Assembly: GCA_050633305.1 (NCBI GenBank)
Contig: JBOEGF010000014.1
Coordinates: forward strand, 427,436 to 491,435
Direction of reading: 5' to 3'
Length of the DNA: 64,000 nt
Origin: Nannocystales bacterium
GTDB taxonomy: Bacteria; Myxococcota_A; Polyangia; Nannocystales; Nannocystaceae
Positions 1 through 10,379 of the stretch are shown piece by piece. The notes beneath the pieces are model-generated. The model did not search any database. It worked only from the letters and a program-made list of their open reading frames with translations, and was not told the origin of the DNA. The first letter of the stretch is position 1; each line of letters opens with the position of its first letter. The position numbers were made by a program, and so were the translations under genes.

Positions 1-397
1 TTGTTTTTTTTCCGTCGCCATGACTAAGTGGAGGCGGCGGGCACATCGTCGGGCCAGACCGCTCTCGCGGACCTTGCGCCGGATGAAGAGGAGGCATGCG
101 CGGCGAAGCCGAAGCCGTCGCCGCGCATCGGCGTTCCAGTGCCGCGACAAGGTCAAGTTCTCCGGTCGCGTCTCCGTAGAAGCTCCGCAGTAGGGACAAC
201 AGGGCCCGCGCTTGGCCATGTCGATCCAAGTCACGTCCCATCCCGAGCCGAAGTCGTCGGCGGCATGCAGCAGGACATAGTCCATCGCCCGTCATCGAAC
301 ACCTCCGACCCAACAGCGCCCGAGCTTCGAGTCCCTGACAAGCAACGGGGATACGCCACCGCTGAGAGGGGGGACGGCGCGAGCGCACGTCGACGCC

Positions 398-421
398 AAA
401 TCGGAAATCGATTTCCGATTT
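398..421. promoter_or_regulatory. Perfect 24-bp palindrome AAATCGGAAATCGATTTCCGATTT; candidate LacI/GalR-family operator
   Basis: Base-by-base self-complementary. The core GAAATCGATTTC has a central CG flanked by AA/TT. It lies in apparently non-coding DNA. Confidence 0.55.
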
Positions 422-788
422 CGTGCGCCCCATGTTCGAACGGTGTTGCGTCAAGGACCCCCACCTTGGGTGTGCTCCGAATCGGCAAGAGAGTGCACCG
501 GGCATCGCGGCGTCGACCTGAGTCGTGCTCATGCGACAGTCAAGTACGCCCGGTACAGCTGTGTTTTGACTCGTACCGAGGAGCCAACGCTACTTCGCGA
601 GCCGCCGCGCCGGCCCTCTCAACGGGCTGCTAGGATCTCGCTTGCGCTGGTCCTGGGCGACGGCGCCTTTTCACCGAATACGGCATGTCAGCAGAGCAAG
701 CACCGTCGGAAGAATCGACGTCGTCACCTGCGCCATCTCTCCCTGCCGTGTCGCCCTCACTGTAGACCAAGCGAGCCCGGCTGCGCCT

Positions 789-1678
789 TTGCTGGGCTTT
801 GTGCTGCGCGACAGAGTCGCGGGGATCGCCGGCCTCAGCTACGTCCCGCTGCTTCCGACTGCACTCGGCGTGGTCGCGATGGGGGTCATGCTGCGTGCGC
901 ACGCCGTCCGCCGACGGCTACGTCTGGTGCTCGGCGGCGTTCTGTGTGCAGCGCTCTTCCTGCTCGAATCGGTTGGAACCGACCGGTCGCCGACGTTCAC
1001 GGGCCCGAGCTTCACCCTCCTTCACCAGAACGTACTCTGGGGCGGCAGCGACAAGTCTGACTCTTGGATCTCGATGGCAAGGAGATACAGGCCCACAACC
1101 CCGACGTCGTGGTTGTCAGCGAGTGTCCCAGCCGTGCGGCGATGAAGCCGTTCGTCGAGGGTCTCGGGTTCGCATCGATGGCATTCGCGGAGGGCCGTTC
1201 CTCACGCTATTGGTATTGCCTAGCGGTGGCCTCTCGATGGGCGACTCGCATGGTCTCCCTCCAGCAGGTCCGCGCGGGAATAGTCATGCACGTAAGGGTC
1301 GACATGCCGGGACAACCGCTCGAGTTCTTTGTCGTCGACGGCCACAGCGATCCCCTCCGTGACCGCCGACGCATGCCCGCCGACCTTCGCGCTCTTCTCG
1401 ACGCCGCCGACCCCCCGATCGACGTTGTCGTCGGCGACTTCAATGCTCCCTCTCGGTCGGTAGGCCTGGATGAGATGAGGGGCGACTACTGGTTGGCTGC
1501 AGAGACCTCTGGCCAATACGCGATGACCTGGCCACACCCGTTGCCCCTGTTCGACCTCGACCAGATCTGGGTCACCCTGCAGCGAGGCGGCCGCGACGCG
1601 AAACTCTACACGTTGCCTCAGGGAGATCATCGTGGGCAGACGGTCCGTATCTCGGCCTCTCCGCGCTCCGAACATTGA
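789..1678 (+). CDS. Membrane-anchored endonuclease/exonuclease/phosphatase (EEP) family protein, frameshifted near 1079; 5' end uncertain
   Basis: The 642-1145 frame gives TM helices plus TLLHQNV. The 1064-1678 frame gives PDVVVVSEC, VVGDFN, LDQIW and GDHR. One extra A at ATGGCAA|GGAG joins them (MAKEIQAHNPD). Confidence 0.75.
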
Positions 1679-1822
1679 GTTGCGGGTTGTTGTCCTCGGC
1701 TCGTGCGACGGCGGGTGACTTTCGCGCGTCATCCCGCCCTGGAGGTTCATCGTGGGCCACAGTCATCGGGGCTGGCCCGCTTCAAAATAGGCCGCACGGG
1801 ACGACCGCTCTAGAGAACGAGC

Positions 1823-3421
1823 ATGGGACAGTGGCGAACGATGGTGCTGGTTGGGCTCGGCATTGCGGCGTGTGGCGGAGAGCGGCCAGGGCTGACGCAA
1901 GCCGAGGAGATTCTCCCCGACCCGGGAAGTTCGTCGGAAGGCGTGCCCGCAGATGAACCTGTCGGCGGCAGTACAGGCGGCGGGTGGGGCGGCGGAGAAG
2001 GCGAAGACACTGGTGACGGAGGCGGGTGGGGCGGTGGGGAAGGCGGCGGCTCATCATCGGATCAGCCCGAGCCGGGCCCCGTCGAGCCTGAGCCCGAGCC
2101 GGGCCCCGATGGGAATGCGGTGATCTCGGGCTCTCGTCTCCATCGCCGCAGCCTCGCGAGTGCTGACAGTCCTGCGTCGCACGGGGGGCTGTGGGACAGC
2201 GAACTGGAGGTGCCGTGCTCCTTCGAACGAGCGAGCGACGGCGAGCTGCGGTGTATGCCCGATGCGCATGGGTCCGTGATGTTCTCCGACGCGGAATGCA
2301 CGCAGCCCGTGATTGCCTCGTATTGGTCTTGCGTGGAGCCAGACCTCCGCTATGCCCGACGTCATCTGGGCGAGAGTGACTGCGACTGGACCATCGAAGC
2401 GTACGCGGCCGTGGACGGCGAGACGCCGGCGGAGATGTCCGTGTTCTCCGACTGGACAGGGGAGTGCGTTGAAGAGGGGATCGAGATGGCTGTCTCGGCT
2501 CAACCCATCGCTGACACTGAGCTGGTCCGCGCGACCGTGATCGAGCAGCCACGTGCAGACTGGATGTCGATGCGCGTCCTCCAGGCGGACGACGGCGCGG
2601 CATTCCCGAACGAGGTCTTTGATGTCGGGCGCGGTGAGCGTTGCAGGCCAGACACAGAGAGCGGCCGCTGCGTCCCTGTTTCGGCTGGAACATTCTCGCC
2701 GTGGAACACGCGGTACGATGCGTCCTGCCAACAGCGCGTGGTCTCCGTGGACGCATGCGGCGGGTCGACCCTGCGAGGCCGGGAGAGCGCATGCGACCCG
2801 TGGTCATTCTACGAGCACGGAGATGAGATCGGGATGGAGGCGGTCTCGGTGCTTGAAGAGGACAACGTCTGCGAGGCTGCTCAGGGGGTCTACGCCACTC
2901 ATGTGACCGTTGGCCCAGTCATCGCGGCCGATACGTTTCCCGCTGTCGAGACCGTGATGGTGGGGGAGGGCAGGATCCGGGAGCAGCGTCTGGTCGACGC
3001 TGCGGGGAGCTCCCTCGCAGCGAACGGCTGGGGTCGCACGCTCTACGACACGGACCTCGGGGAGCGGTGTGCGCCGCGGCGGATGGCCGACGGAGCGATC
3101 CGTTGTTTGCCGCCGGCGTTGCAGGTCTCGTCTATCCAACTCTTCGCCGACGACAACTGCACTCAACGAGTCGTGAGCGCCCACTCGCCTCACTGCGAGG
3201 TGACGCCGGCACCTGGGTACGCGGTTGTGAGTGGTGGATGCGGTGTTGCTGCTTCCATCTACGTGCTCGGGGGGGAACTCGATATCGCGGAGGTCTATGC
3301 GGAACCGGGTGGATGCTCGCTCGTCCAACAGCTGCCCGACAACATGGTCTTCTTCCCTGTGGTAGAGGAACTCCCGACCGAGGCGTTTGTCGAGTTGGAC
3401 TACGTGGTAGACGGTCCCTGA
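1823..3421 (+). CDS. Lipoprotein with Gly/Pro-rich linker and three Cys-rich repeats (D-x5-C...G-x0-2-RC-x-P...C-x-Q-x-V)
   Basis: Lipobox IAAC. Repeats at DSELEVPC..GELRCMP, DVGRGERC..SGRCVP and DTDLGERC..GAIRCLP. Confidence 0.75.
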   Translation: MGQWRTMVLVGLGIAACGGERPGLTQAEEILPDPGSSSEGVPADEPVGGSTGGGWGGGEGEDTGDGGGWGGGEGGGSSSDQPEPGPVEPEPEPGPDGNAVISGSRLHRRSLASADSPASHGGLWDSELEVPCSFERASDGELRCMPDAHGSVMFSDAECTQPVIASYWSCVEPDLRYARRHLGESDCDWTIEAYAAVDGETPAEMSVFSDWTGECVEEGIEMAVSAQPIADTELVRATVIEQPRADWMSMRVLQADDGAAFPNEVFDVGRGERCRPDTESGRCVPVSAGTFSPWNTRYDASCQQRVVSVDACGGSTLRGRESACDPWSFYEHGDEIGMEAVSVLEEDNVCEAAQGVYATHVTVGPVIAADTFPAVETVMVGEGRIREQRLVDAAGSSLAANGWGRTLYDTDLGERCAPRRMADGAIRCLPPALQVSSIQLFADDNCTQRVVSAHSPHCEVTPAPGYAVVSGGCGVAASIYVLGGELDIAEVYAEPGGCSLVQQLPDNMVFFPVVEELPTEAFVELDYVVDGP

Positions 3422-3569
3422 GCTCGCGCGTGTGCGGCCGTAACGGCCAGAGGTGTCTCCTTCGCGGGTCGTCTTCCGTGGCGAAGTGCAACTCTCGAGT
3501 CGATTCCACGAAGTTTTCACACCGCGTCGACGGTGTGTTGACGCGGCGGCTGGGAGGCTGAGGGTACCG

Positions 3570-4697
3570 ATGTCCATTCAGGTCGATCCACGTGTCCCCC
3601 GGTTCCTGACGGTCTCCTGCCTGCTCCTGTGCGGGTGTGGTGAGCACGCGGAGGTCCCACGAGAGGAACTTCAGGCTCTGCCAAGGGTTGCGCCCTCGCC
3701 AGCGGACAACCCTCTGACCACGGAGAAAGTGGAGCTGGGACGCTTGCTGTTCTGGGACCCGATCCTGTCGGGACATCAGGATGTGGCCTGTGGGACGTGC
3801 CACCACCCCGACTTCGGCTACGGAGATGGTCTGGACCTGAGCATCGGGGTCGGTGGCAGTGGCCTCGGTCCGTCTCGGATTCCCGGCCGCGAGATGCCCA
3901 TCGTGCCTCGCAACGCCCCCACCGTTCTCAACACTGGGTTCAACGGGTGGGTCGATGCCGACGCCCCGCCGGACCCGGCGCTCGCTCCGATGTTCTGGGA
4001 CAACCGCGAGGTGAGCTTGGAGGCTCAGGCACTCGGCCCGATCCGGTCAGACGTCGAGATGCGCGGTGACGCGTACTCCGAGGACGAGGCGGTGTCGCGG
4101 GTGGTGGAGCGGCTCGCCGAGGTCCCGGAGTATGTCGTGCTGTTCGCGGAGGCTTTCGAGCAGGATCCCTCCGAGGCAGTCTCCGAAGAGAACCTCGCTC
4201 GTGCCATTGCGGCCTTCGAGCGGCATCTGTCCCAGCCGAACAGCGCGTACGACCGTTGGTTGGCGGGCGACGACTCGGCGCTCAGCGGGCGCCAGCGCCG
4301 AGGGCTCAACGCGTTCCATGGGCTCGGCTGCGCGGACTGCCACTTGGGCCCCATGTTCTCCGACTATGAGATGCATCGAATCGGCGTCCCCGAGCAGCCC
4401 GGTACGAACGACGAAGGGGACGGGACTGGACGTTTTCGAACGCCGACGTTGCGCAACATCGCCCTGACCGCGCCATATATGCACAGCGGTCGTATCGGGG
4501 GAATGAACCGTGCCATCGAGTTCTATGACGAGCCCGAAGGTCGCGACTTGGACCCTCTGGTGCGGGGTCTCGACGTGGAGCGTCGCGACGAGAAAGACCT
4601 CGAGTCGTTTCTGCGAGCGCTCACCGACGACTTCGATCGCGAGATCCCGACCCGTGTTCCCAGCGGTCTGCCCCCCGGCGGTGAGATCGCTGGATAA
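3570..4697 (+). CDS. Di-heme cytochrome c peroxidase (CCP/MauG family) lipoprotein
   Basis: LGRLLFWDPILS, CGTCH, RNAPTVLN, MFWD, CADCH, FRTPTLRNIALTAPYMHSG. Confidence 0.92.
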   Translation: MSIQVDPRVPRFLTVSCLLLCGCGEHAEVPREELQALPRVAPSPADNPLTTEKVELGRLLFWDPILSGHQDVACGTCHHPDFGYGDGLDLSIGVGGSGLGPSRIPGREMPIVPRNAPTVLNTGFNGWVDADAPPDPALAPMFWDNREVSLEAQALGPIRSDVEMRGDAYSEDEAVSRVVERLAEVPEYVVLFAEAFEQDPSEAVSEENLARAIAAFERHLSQPNSAYDRWLAGDDSALSGRQRRGLNAFHGLGCADCHLGPMFSDYEMHRIGVPEQPGTNDEGDGTGRFRTPTLRNIALTAPYMHSGRIGGMNRAIEFYDEPEGRDLDPLVRGLDVERRDEKDLESFLRALTDDFDREIPTRVPSGLPPGGEIAG

Positions 4698-4749
4698 AGA
4701 TGTCCGCCCCGCATGCTAGCGTTGTGTACTCGTCCCCTCTTCGGTTTCC

Positions 4750-5415
4750 ATGCGCGTACTCCTCATCGAGGACCACCTCGACATCGCCGACAACATCACG
4801 GACCACCTGGTGGCGCGGGGGCACACGGTCGAGCATGCGCTCAATGGCCTTGGCGGCCTTCACCTGGCGGTCACAGGGGTCTTCGACGTCATCGTCTTGG
4901 ACGTAAACCTTCCTGGCATGGACGGTCTCACCGTCTGCCGACGCCTTCGCGAGTCGACCAGCGCGGGCGTTTCGGTCTTGATGCTCACCGCCAACGACAC
5001 CCTCGAGGACACGTTGGCCGGGTTCGAGGCGGGCACCGACGACTACCTGTCCAAGCCGTTTTCGTTGCGCGAACTCGAGGCGCGGTTGCTGGCACTCACG
5101 CTGAGGAGGCGCGTGGAACCCAGCCGGCTCCAAGTGGGGGACCTCGTGCTCGACCTGGGGACCCTCGAAGTCTCGCGCGCGGGGCAGGCGATACGCTTGA
5201 ATCGAATGGGTGTCGCCCTGCTGGCCGAGCTGATGCAGGCCTCGCCGAATGTCGTGAGCCGCGACCACTTGCTGACCCAGTTGTGGGGAGACGATCCGCC
5301 CGGGAGTGACGTGCTGCGCAGCCACGTCTACGCACTGCGTCGCGCCATCGATCGCCCGTTTTCCACCGCGCTTGTGCACACCGTCCATGGTTCGGGTTGG
5401 CGGCTCGTCTCTTGA
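4750..5415 (+). CDS. OmpR-family response regulator
   Basis: RVLLIED, LDVNLPGMDG, DDYLSKPF, winged-helix C-terminus VHTVHGSGWRL. Confidence 0.95.
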   Translation: MRVLLIEDHLDIADNITDHLVARGHTVEHALNGLGGLHLAVTGVFDVIVLDVNLPGMDGLTVCRRLRESTSAGVSVLMLTANDTLEDTLAGFEAGTDDYLSKPFSLRELEARLLALTLRRRVEPSRLQVGDLVLDLGTLEVSRAGQAIRLNRMGVALLAELMQASPNVVSRDHLLTQLWGDDPPGSDVLRSHVYALRRAIDRPFSTALVHTVHGSGWRLVS

Positions 5416-6698
5416 CTCCCATTCGAAGCCTTCGCCTCCGCTTCCTGCTCGCCTTCGGGCTCTTTGGGGCGTTGCTCACGGTCATCTACGGCGCGGTTGC
5501 GTGGGCTTCGACCACGCTGTCCGAAGACCTGATCATGGAACGGTGGCTCGAATCGGAGGCCCAGCACATCCAGCAACGCTATTTGGAGCAGCGGGAGGTC
5601 GCACTTCCAACGGGGCGTCTGATCTCCGGAGCTATCGAGGTCGAACGATTGCCGCTTGCTTTGCGGGCGCGAGCCGGGGCCCTGGCCGTCGGTCCGCATG
5701 AAGTCCTTGGTCCCGGGGAGGGGCGGTGGCAGCTGCACGTGCTGCAACTACCCGCTGGCCCTCGGGTGTACCTGTACATCAATGAGAACGACCTCGAGGC
5801 CAGCGAACTGGTCGAGCAGCAGCTCGGATGGCTATTGCTCGGGCTGTCTGCCCTCGTGGCGCTCATCGGTGTCGGCCTCGGCGTGCTCACGACCCGTCGC
5901 ATCATCGCGCCCCTGCGGCGACTCACCGAAGCCGTCTCCGCCCACGAACCGGACGCCCCGCTGCCGAGTCTGCGCGAGCTCGTCTCCAACGACGAGCTGG
6001 GGCTGTTGGCTGAGCACATGGAGACCGCCATGGGCCAGGTCGCTGCCTCGGCACGGCAGGAGCAACTCTTCGGGCGGTACACAAGCCATGAGCTGCGTTC
6101 CTCGCTCGCCGTCGCGCGCGGGGTCTCGGAGTTGCTCGATGACCTCGACGACCCGCGGCTGAGTCGACCTCTGGCTCGCCTCGACCGTGCGCTCCAAGAC
6201 ATGGGTGGGATCGTGGAGACGTGCCTGTGGCTCGCCCGCAGTCAGGCGCAGATGCCCCCCTGTGAGCACGTGGAACTCCGCCCGCTCATCGACGAGTTGG
6301 TCGCGCGAGTGGGGCGGCGAGTCAGCCCCGGTGTCGCGCTCCGTGTCGATGTTCCCTCGGATGCCTTCGTCAATGCTCCGCGACTTGCGCTGCGCATGAT
6401 CCTCAGCAATCTGCTGGGCAATGCACTGCGTCATACGGTCGAGGGAAGCATCGTGCTCAGGGGAGACACCGACGGGATCGAGGTCGAAGACTCGGGACCT
6501 GGAATCCCCGACGAGATCCGAGTGCGGATCACCGAGCCATACGTCCGAGGCCCCGGGGAAGGGCATGGACTCGGCCTGGCGATCGTCAACGGACTCTGCG
6601 TCCGGCTGGGCTGGCGCTTCGACGTGCAGAGTGTCGTGGGGCGGGGGACCAAGGTTCGGGTTGAGCTCACAGGGGCTCCAGATCGGCCTTCGCAGTAG
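5412..6698 (+). CDS. HAMP-domain sensor histidine kinase
   Basis: Two TM helices, HAMP, SHELRSSL, NLLGNALRH, DSGPGI, GHGLGLAIV; overlaps the regulator's stop codon. Confidence 0.92.
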   Translation: MTPIRSLRLRFLLAFGLFGALLTVIYGAVAWASTTLSEDLIMERWLESEAQHIQQRYLEQREVALPTGRLISGAIEVERLPLALRARAGALAVGPHEVLGPGEGRWQLHVLQLPAGPRVYLYINENDLEASELVEQQLGWLLLGLSALVALIGVGLGVLTTRRIIAPLRRLTEAVSAHEPDAPLPSLRELVSNDELGLLAEHMETAMGQVAASARQEQLFGRYTSHELRSSLAVARGVSELLDDLDDPRLSRPLARLDRALQDMGGIVETCLWLARSQAQMPPCEHVELRPLIDELVARVGRRVSPGVALRVDVPSDAFVNAPRLALRMILSNLLGNALRHTVEGSIVLRGDTDGIEVEDSGPGIPDEIRVRITEPYVRGPGEGHGLGLAIVNGLCVRLGWRFDVQSVVGRGTKVRVELTGAPDRPSQ

Positions 6699-6848
6699 AG
6701 ACTCGCTCACCTCAGTCCGAACGTCTCCGCCTGTCGAGACCGTCACGGAACTTCGGGGGGCGTTGCACGACAGGACGAGGGCTGGAGTGGTGCGTCTTCG
6801 ACCCATGCGCTCGGGGAGGAACTCGACACCGAGGAGATCGACTGGGAG

Positions 6849-7877
6849 GTGGTCCACAGCCCCTGGGACTGGGTGAGGTGCTCGCAACGGAACCTTCTGT
6901 GCTGCGCGGTGTCTGAGTCGGACGTGGGGCGCGCGTGGTCTTGGGTGGTGTTGGTGGGTCTCTTGGGCTGCGGCCAGGACGTGGCATCCGCGGACTCGTC
7001 GATCGTGACGGCAAGACCCCCAGCGGTCACGCATTCAGTAGCCCTCGGGGACCTGTCCGAGCTCTCACCCTCCGTGCGTCGAGCGTTCGAGGCCCACCCG
7101 GAAGACTTCTCGGTCCTCCCCGAACCGGGCGCCGACGACTGGCGCACTTGGAACACCGAGTCGCCACAGAGCGTGGGCAACTACTGGGTCAGCGGCCCGA
7201 ATCGGCCAGGACACGAGGGGCGGGACACGCTCTACATCCTCCCACTCGGGCCGGTCCCGGACACCTCGGCGCTCGAGACGTTCGCGCGCGACTTCTTCGC
7301 GACGCCGGTTGTGGTGCTGGAGGCGGCGGACCTCTCCGGCGTCGAGTTGACTCGGCGGACACACGGCTCCCGCGAGCAAGTTCTGGCCGGAGACCTACAG
7401 ACCTACCTGAAGTCGCGCCTCCCCGAGGACGCCTACGCGATGCTCGGTCTGACTTCGGAGGATATCTACCCCAGCGACGACTACAACTACGTCTTCGGGC
7501 TCGCATCGACGACCGACCGCACGGGCGTGTTCAGCCTGGCGCGCTACGACCCGCGGTTCTACGAGCCGAGCGCCGATCCGAACCCGGTGTTGCAGCGCGA
7601 GCGGGCGTTCAAGATCCTGGCGCACGAGGCCGGCCACATGTTCGGCATTGGGCACTGCTTGCACTTCGCGTGCGTGATGAACGGGGCCAACCACAGCGAG
7701 GAACTCGACCGTGCTCCGCTTGCGTTGTGCCCGGTCTGCTTGCGAAAGCTGCACCTCCTCGTCGGGTTCGACCCGAAGGCTCGCTACGATGCCTTGGAGC
7801 GACGCTACGCGGAATCCGAACTCACCAGCGCCGCAGCATTTGCCCGGACCCGCGCGGACCGCATCGCCGGAGAGTGA
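6849..7877 (+). CDS. Archaemetzincin (peptidase M54) lipoprotein; true start possibly GTG 6924
   Basis: HEAGHMFGIGHC...CVMNG...LCPVC; NYVFGLA; lipobox LLGC. Confidence 0.9.
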   Translation: MVHSPWDWVRCSQRNLLCCAVSESDVGRAWSWVVLVGLLGCGQDVASADSSIVTARPPAVTHSVALGDLSELSPSVRRAFEAHPEDFSVLPEPGADDWRTWNTESPQSVGNYWVSGPNRPGHEGRDTLYILPLGPVPDTSALETFARDFFATPVVVLEAADLSGVELTRRTHGSREQVLAGDLQTYLKSRLPEDAYAMLGLTSEDIYPSDDYNYVFGLASTTDRTGVFSLARYDPRFYEPSADPNPVLQRERAFKILAHEAGHMFGIGHCLHFACVMNGANHSEELDRAPLALCPVCLRKLHLLVGFDPKARYDALERRYAESELTSAAAFARTRADRIAGE

Positions 7878-7910
7878 ACTCCGCTGGCGGGGTTGGGACC
7901 GCGGGTGGAC

Positions 7911-9326
7911 TCAGTTCGTCGAGCGGACGACCGTCAGTGCGTCCGCGGCATCCGAGGTGACGACGATGTCCGGCACACCATCGCCGTTGATGTCCCCGGT
8001 GCTCAGCGTTTCGGTGACGTGGGGAAGGCTGACATCCTCGCCTGCCGAGAAACCGCGCGCCTCGTTTCCGAGGTAGACGGTCAGCGTATTGCGGTCGGAG
8101 TAGCCCACGACGAGGTCGTCGACGCCGTCCTGGTCGACGTCAGCGGCTTCGACCCGGCTCGTCGTGCCGGAGTCGACGGTGATGTCGTCGGCCTCTGTGA
8201 AGCCGAGACCGCCGTTTCCGTACACCACGCCAATCGTGGAGCCGTCCGCGATGGCGATGTCGGTCTCACCATCTCCGTCGAAGTCTCCGATGGTGAGGTC
8301 TCGAGCGTCCTGCGTCGTGACGAAAGGAGCGAGCGGGGAGCTGTTGAGCGTCCCGTCCCCGTTGCCCAGAACCATCCGCACCTGGTTGCCGTCCATGTAG
8401 TCGCCCAAGTACAGGACATCGAGCTGCTCGTCTCCATTGAAGTCCGCGAGCGTGATGTCGAGCTGGTCGCTGAAGTCGCTGATGTCGACCGCATCGGTTT
8501 GAACCATCGTCCCGTCGTCGGCGATCGAGAACACCTCGATACCGGAGAGCACCAGAACGACCGCCTCTTCGCGCTCATCGCCGTTCATGTCGCCCATTGC
8601 GAGCGCGTAGGCCTCGGTGCCGTCTCCATCCGCGATCGCGTAGTCGCCGGAGGTGTTTCCAAAGACCGTGTACAAGACCCCGCCTGACTCCGAACGGAGG
8701 AAGCCGTCGAGGACGTCGTCGTCGTCGATGAAGGAGAACCCCATCTGGTTGAGGGTCGAGACGCCGGCGAAGGCACTGGTGGTGGCGAGCCCAAACACGC
8801 CATCGGTGTTGAGTTGTACGACGATCTCCCCGTTGGAGGCGGAGTAGATCAGGTCTCGGTCGTCGTCGCTGTCGAGGTCTTCGAAGTACCCGAACCGATA
8901 GTTCGACCCCGTCAGCTCCTCGGCGACCTCGTAGCAGACCTCCGTGGCGACCACGATGCCATCTCCACAGCCAGGCTCTGCCGGTTCGCCCGTGCTGCTC
9001 GACCCCGAGCTCCCCTCGGAGTCGGACGCGTCCCCGGTTGATGCGTCGTCGGATGTTGTGGTTCCGTCAGAGGTTGTGCCGCTCGGATCGGTGGCATCGG
9101 TCGTCTCGCCGGTCTCCGGCGCTGTGGTTGCACCCGAGGCCGTGGCCTCGGTGATCGATGTTGAGCCGGAGCCGCCGGACTCCGTGTCGGTGTCACCCAG
9201 GGCGGGAGCATCGTCGGGGTTGAAACAGCCAGTCGCGAGGCAGCCCAGCAGGCCGATCCACACGGCCTGGCGCGAGCCGGAGGTGGAGTCTGGGCGGGGG
9301 CGACGAGGGGCCGAGCCGAAGTCCAT
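7911..9326 (-). CDS. FG-GAP/VCBS-repeat lipoprotein (paralog 1)
   Basis: ATGCFNPDD lipobox, S/T linker, CGDG motif, repeated DFNGD/GNGDG. Confidence 0.88.
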   Translation of the reverse strand: MDFGSAPRRPRPDSTSGSRQAVWIGLLGCLATGCFNPDDAPALGDTDTESGGSGSTSITEATASGATTAPETGETTDATDPSGTTSDGTTTSDDASTGDASDSEGSSGSSSTGEPAEPGCGDGIVVATEVCYEVAEELTGSNYRFGYFEDLDSDDDRDLIYSASNGEIVVQLNTDGVFGLATTSAFAGVSTLNQMGFSFIDDDDVLDGFLRSESGGVLYTVFGNTSGDYAIADGDGTEAYALAMGDMNGDEREEAVVLVLSGIEVFSIADDGTMVQTDAVDISDFSDQLDITLADFNGDEQLDVLYLGDYMDGNQVRMVLGNGDGTLNSSPLAPFVTTQDARDLTIGDFDGDGETDIAIADGSTIGVVYGNGGLGFTEADDITVDSGTTSRVEAADVDQDGVDDLVVGYSDRNTLTVYLGNEARGFSAGEDVSLPHVTETLSTGDINGDGVPDIVVTSDAADALTVVRSTN

Positions 9327-9449
9327 GACCCCAGTATTGCGTTCGCGGATCCGGAAGCGAGTGCAAGCGGATGACGTCGTCGCAAAGCGGGACTAGCCAC
9401 CCCTTGAGGGCCTCCACGGGCGCTGCGGGAGCCGTTACACTACGATTTC

Positions 9450-9737
9450 ATGGCAACGCGATCCGAGGCTTGGGAACCCGAAGGCGGCTGGGACCGGTTT
9501 TCCCGGGCGGACGACGTGGAGGAACTCGCGTGGGAGGTGCTCGCCGGATGGCACTACATCAACCCCACGGCCACCACGTCGGTCTGGGAGTCACCGGACG
9601 GCGCGACCGTGTACTTGGCCTTCGATGATTCCCATGCGTTGATCGAGTTGGTCATCGGGCACGGCCCCGAAGAGGACGCTGATCTTCAGGACTTCACGGT
9701 GCGCCTGCGCAAGCTCGGACTGCGGCCTTCGGGCTGA
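9450..9737 (+). CDS. Small hypothetical protein
   Basis: 95-aa ORF with globular composition in an intergenic slot. Confidence 0.6.
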   Translation: MATRSEAWEPEGGWDRFSRADDVEELAWEVLAGWHYINPTATTSVWESPDGATVYLAFDDSHALIELVIGHGPEEDADLQDFTVRLRKLGLRPSG

Positions 9738-9809
9738 TCCTCGAGGACGCGGCGCAGAGCTTGCGCGTTGGGTTGTCGACCGGGCTCTGCGCGGTAGGTC
9801 ATCCATGCC

Positions 9810-10118
9810 ATGAGACAGGGACGCACTCGCGCAGTCTTCCTCGGAGTCTTCGCAGCGCTCGCACCCGCGACAGCGCGTGCGGCAGGAGATGGGGGCCCCG
9901 ATGGATCTGTGCTGATGGCCGCACTCCTGGCTCTGGGCTTGGCCATTCTCGGCGGCACCCTTGCCCAGGGGCGTGCAGCTGCGGCGGCCTACGACGGGAT
10001 CTGCCGAAATCCGGCGGCCGCGGAAAAGGTGTTCACGCCCATGATTCTTGGGCTCGCGCTGATCGAGTCGTTGGTCATCCTCGGGTTCGTTGCGCTCAAC
10101 ATGGTGATGTTCGCTTGA
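9810..10118 (+). CDS. atpE: F0F1 ATP synthase subunit c, stand-alone copy with signal-like N-terminal extension
   Basis: [22 protein letters not shown]...[14 protein letters not shown]; two-helix hairpin with the essential Glu. Confidence 0.88.
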   Translation: MRQGRTRAVFLGVFAALAPATARAAGDGGPDGSVLMAALLALGLAILGGTLAQGRAAAAAYDGICRNPAAAEKVFTPMILGLALIESLVILGFVALNMVMFA

Positions 10119-10379
10119 GCGTAGGTGAATGACCGGGAGAACCTCGCCGACCGTTTCGGTTTGCACCGACGCTCGCGCAGGGGCGAACCAGTCCGCTGGG
10201 GTGTCATGGGTTGAGTTCTCGCTCGGCGAGACTCACCCGGTCATTGCACGCGTCAACAAAAGCAAGGCGCGTGCCAGAGAGCGGAGCCCCTGACTGCAGG
10301 GCCTTCGGTGCGGGTCGGTTGGGCAGCGTTGCCCGTGCTGCGCAAGGACCTGCTCGGATTGCGCAGCGAGGCTTGGAGC

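Noticed and set aside
1..640. Possible coding sequence at the left edge
   Set aside because: Only short protein-like stretches in several minus frames, broken by stops; no supportable call.
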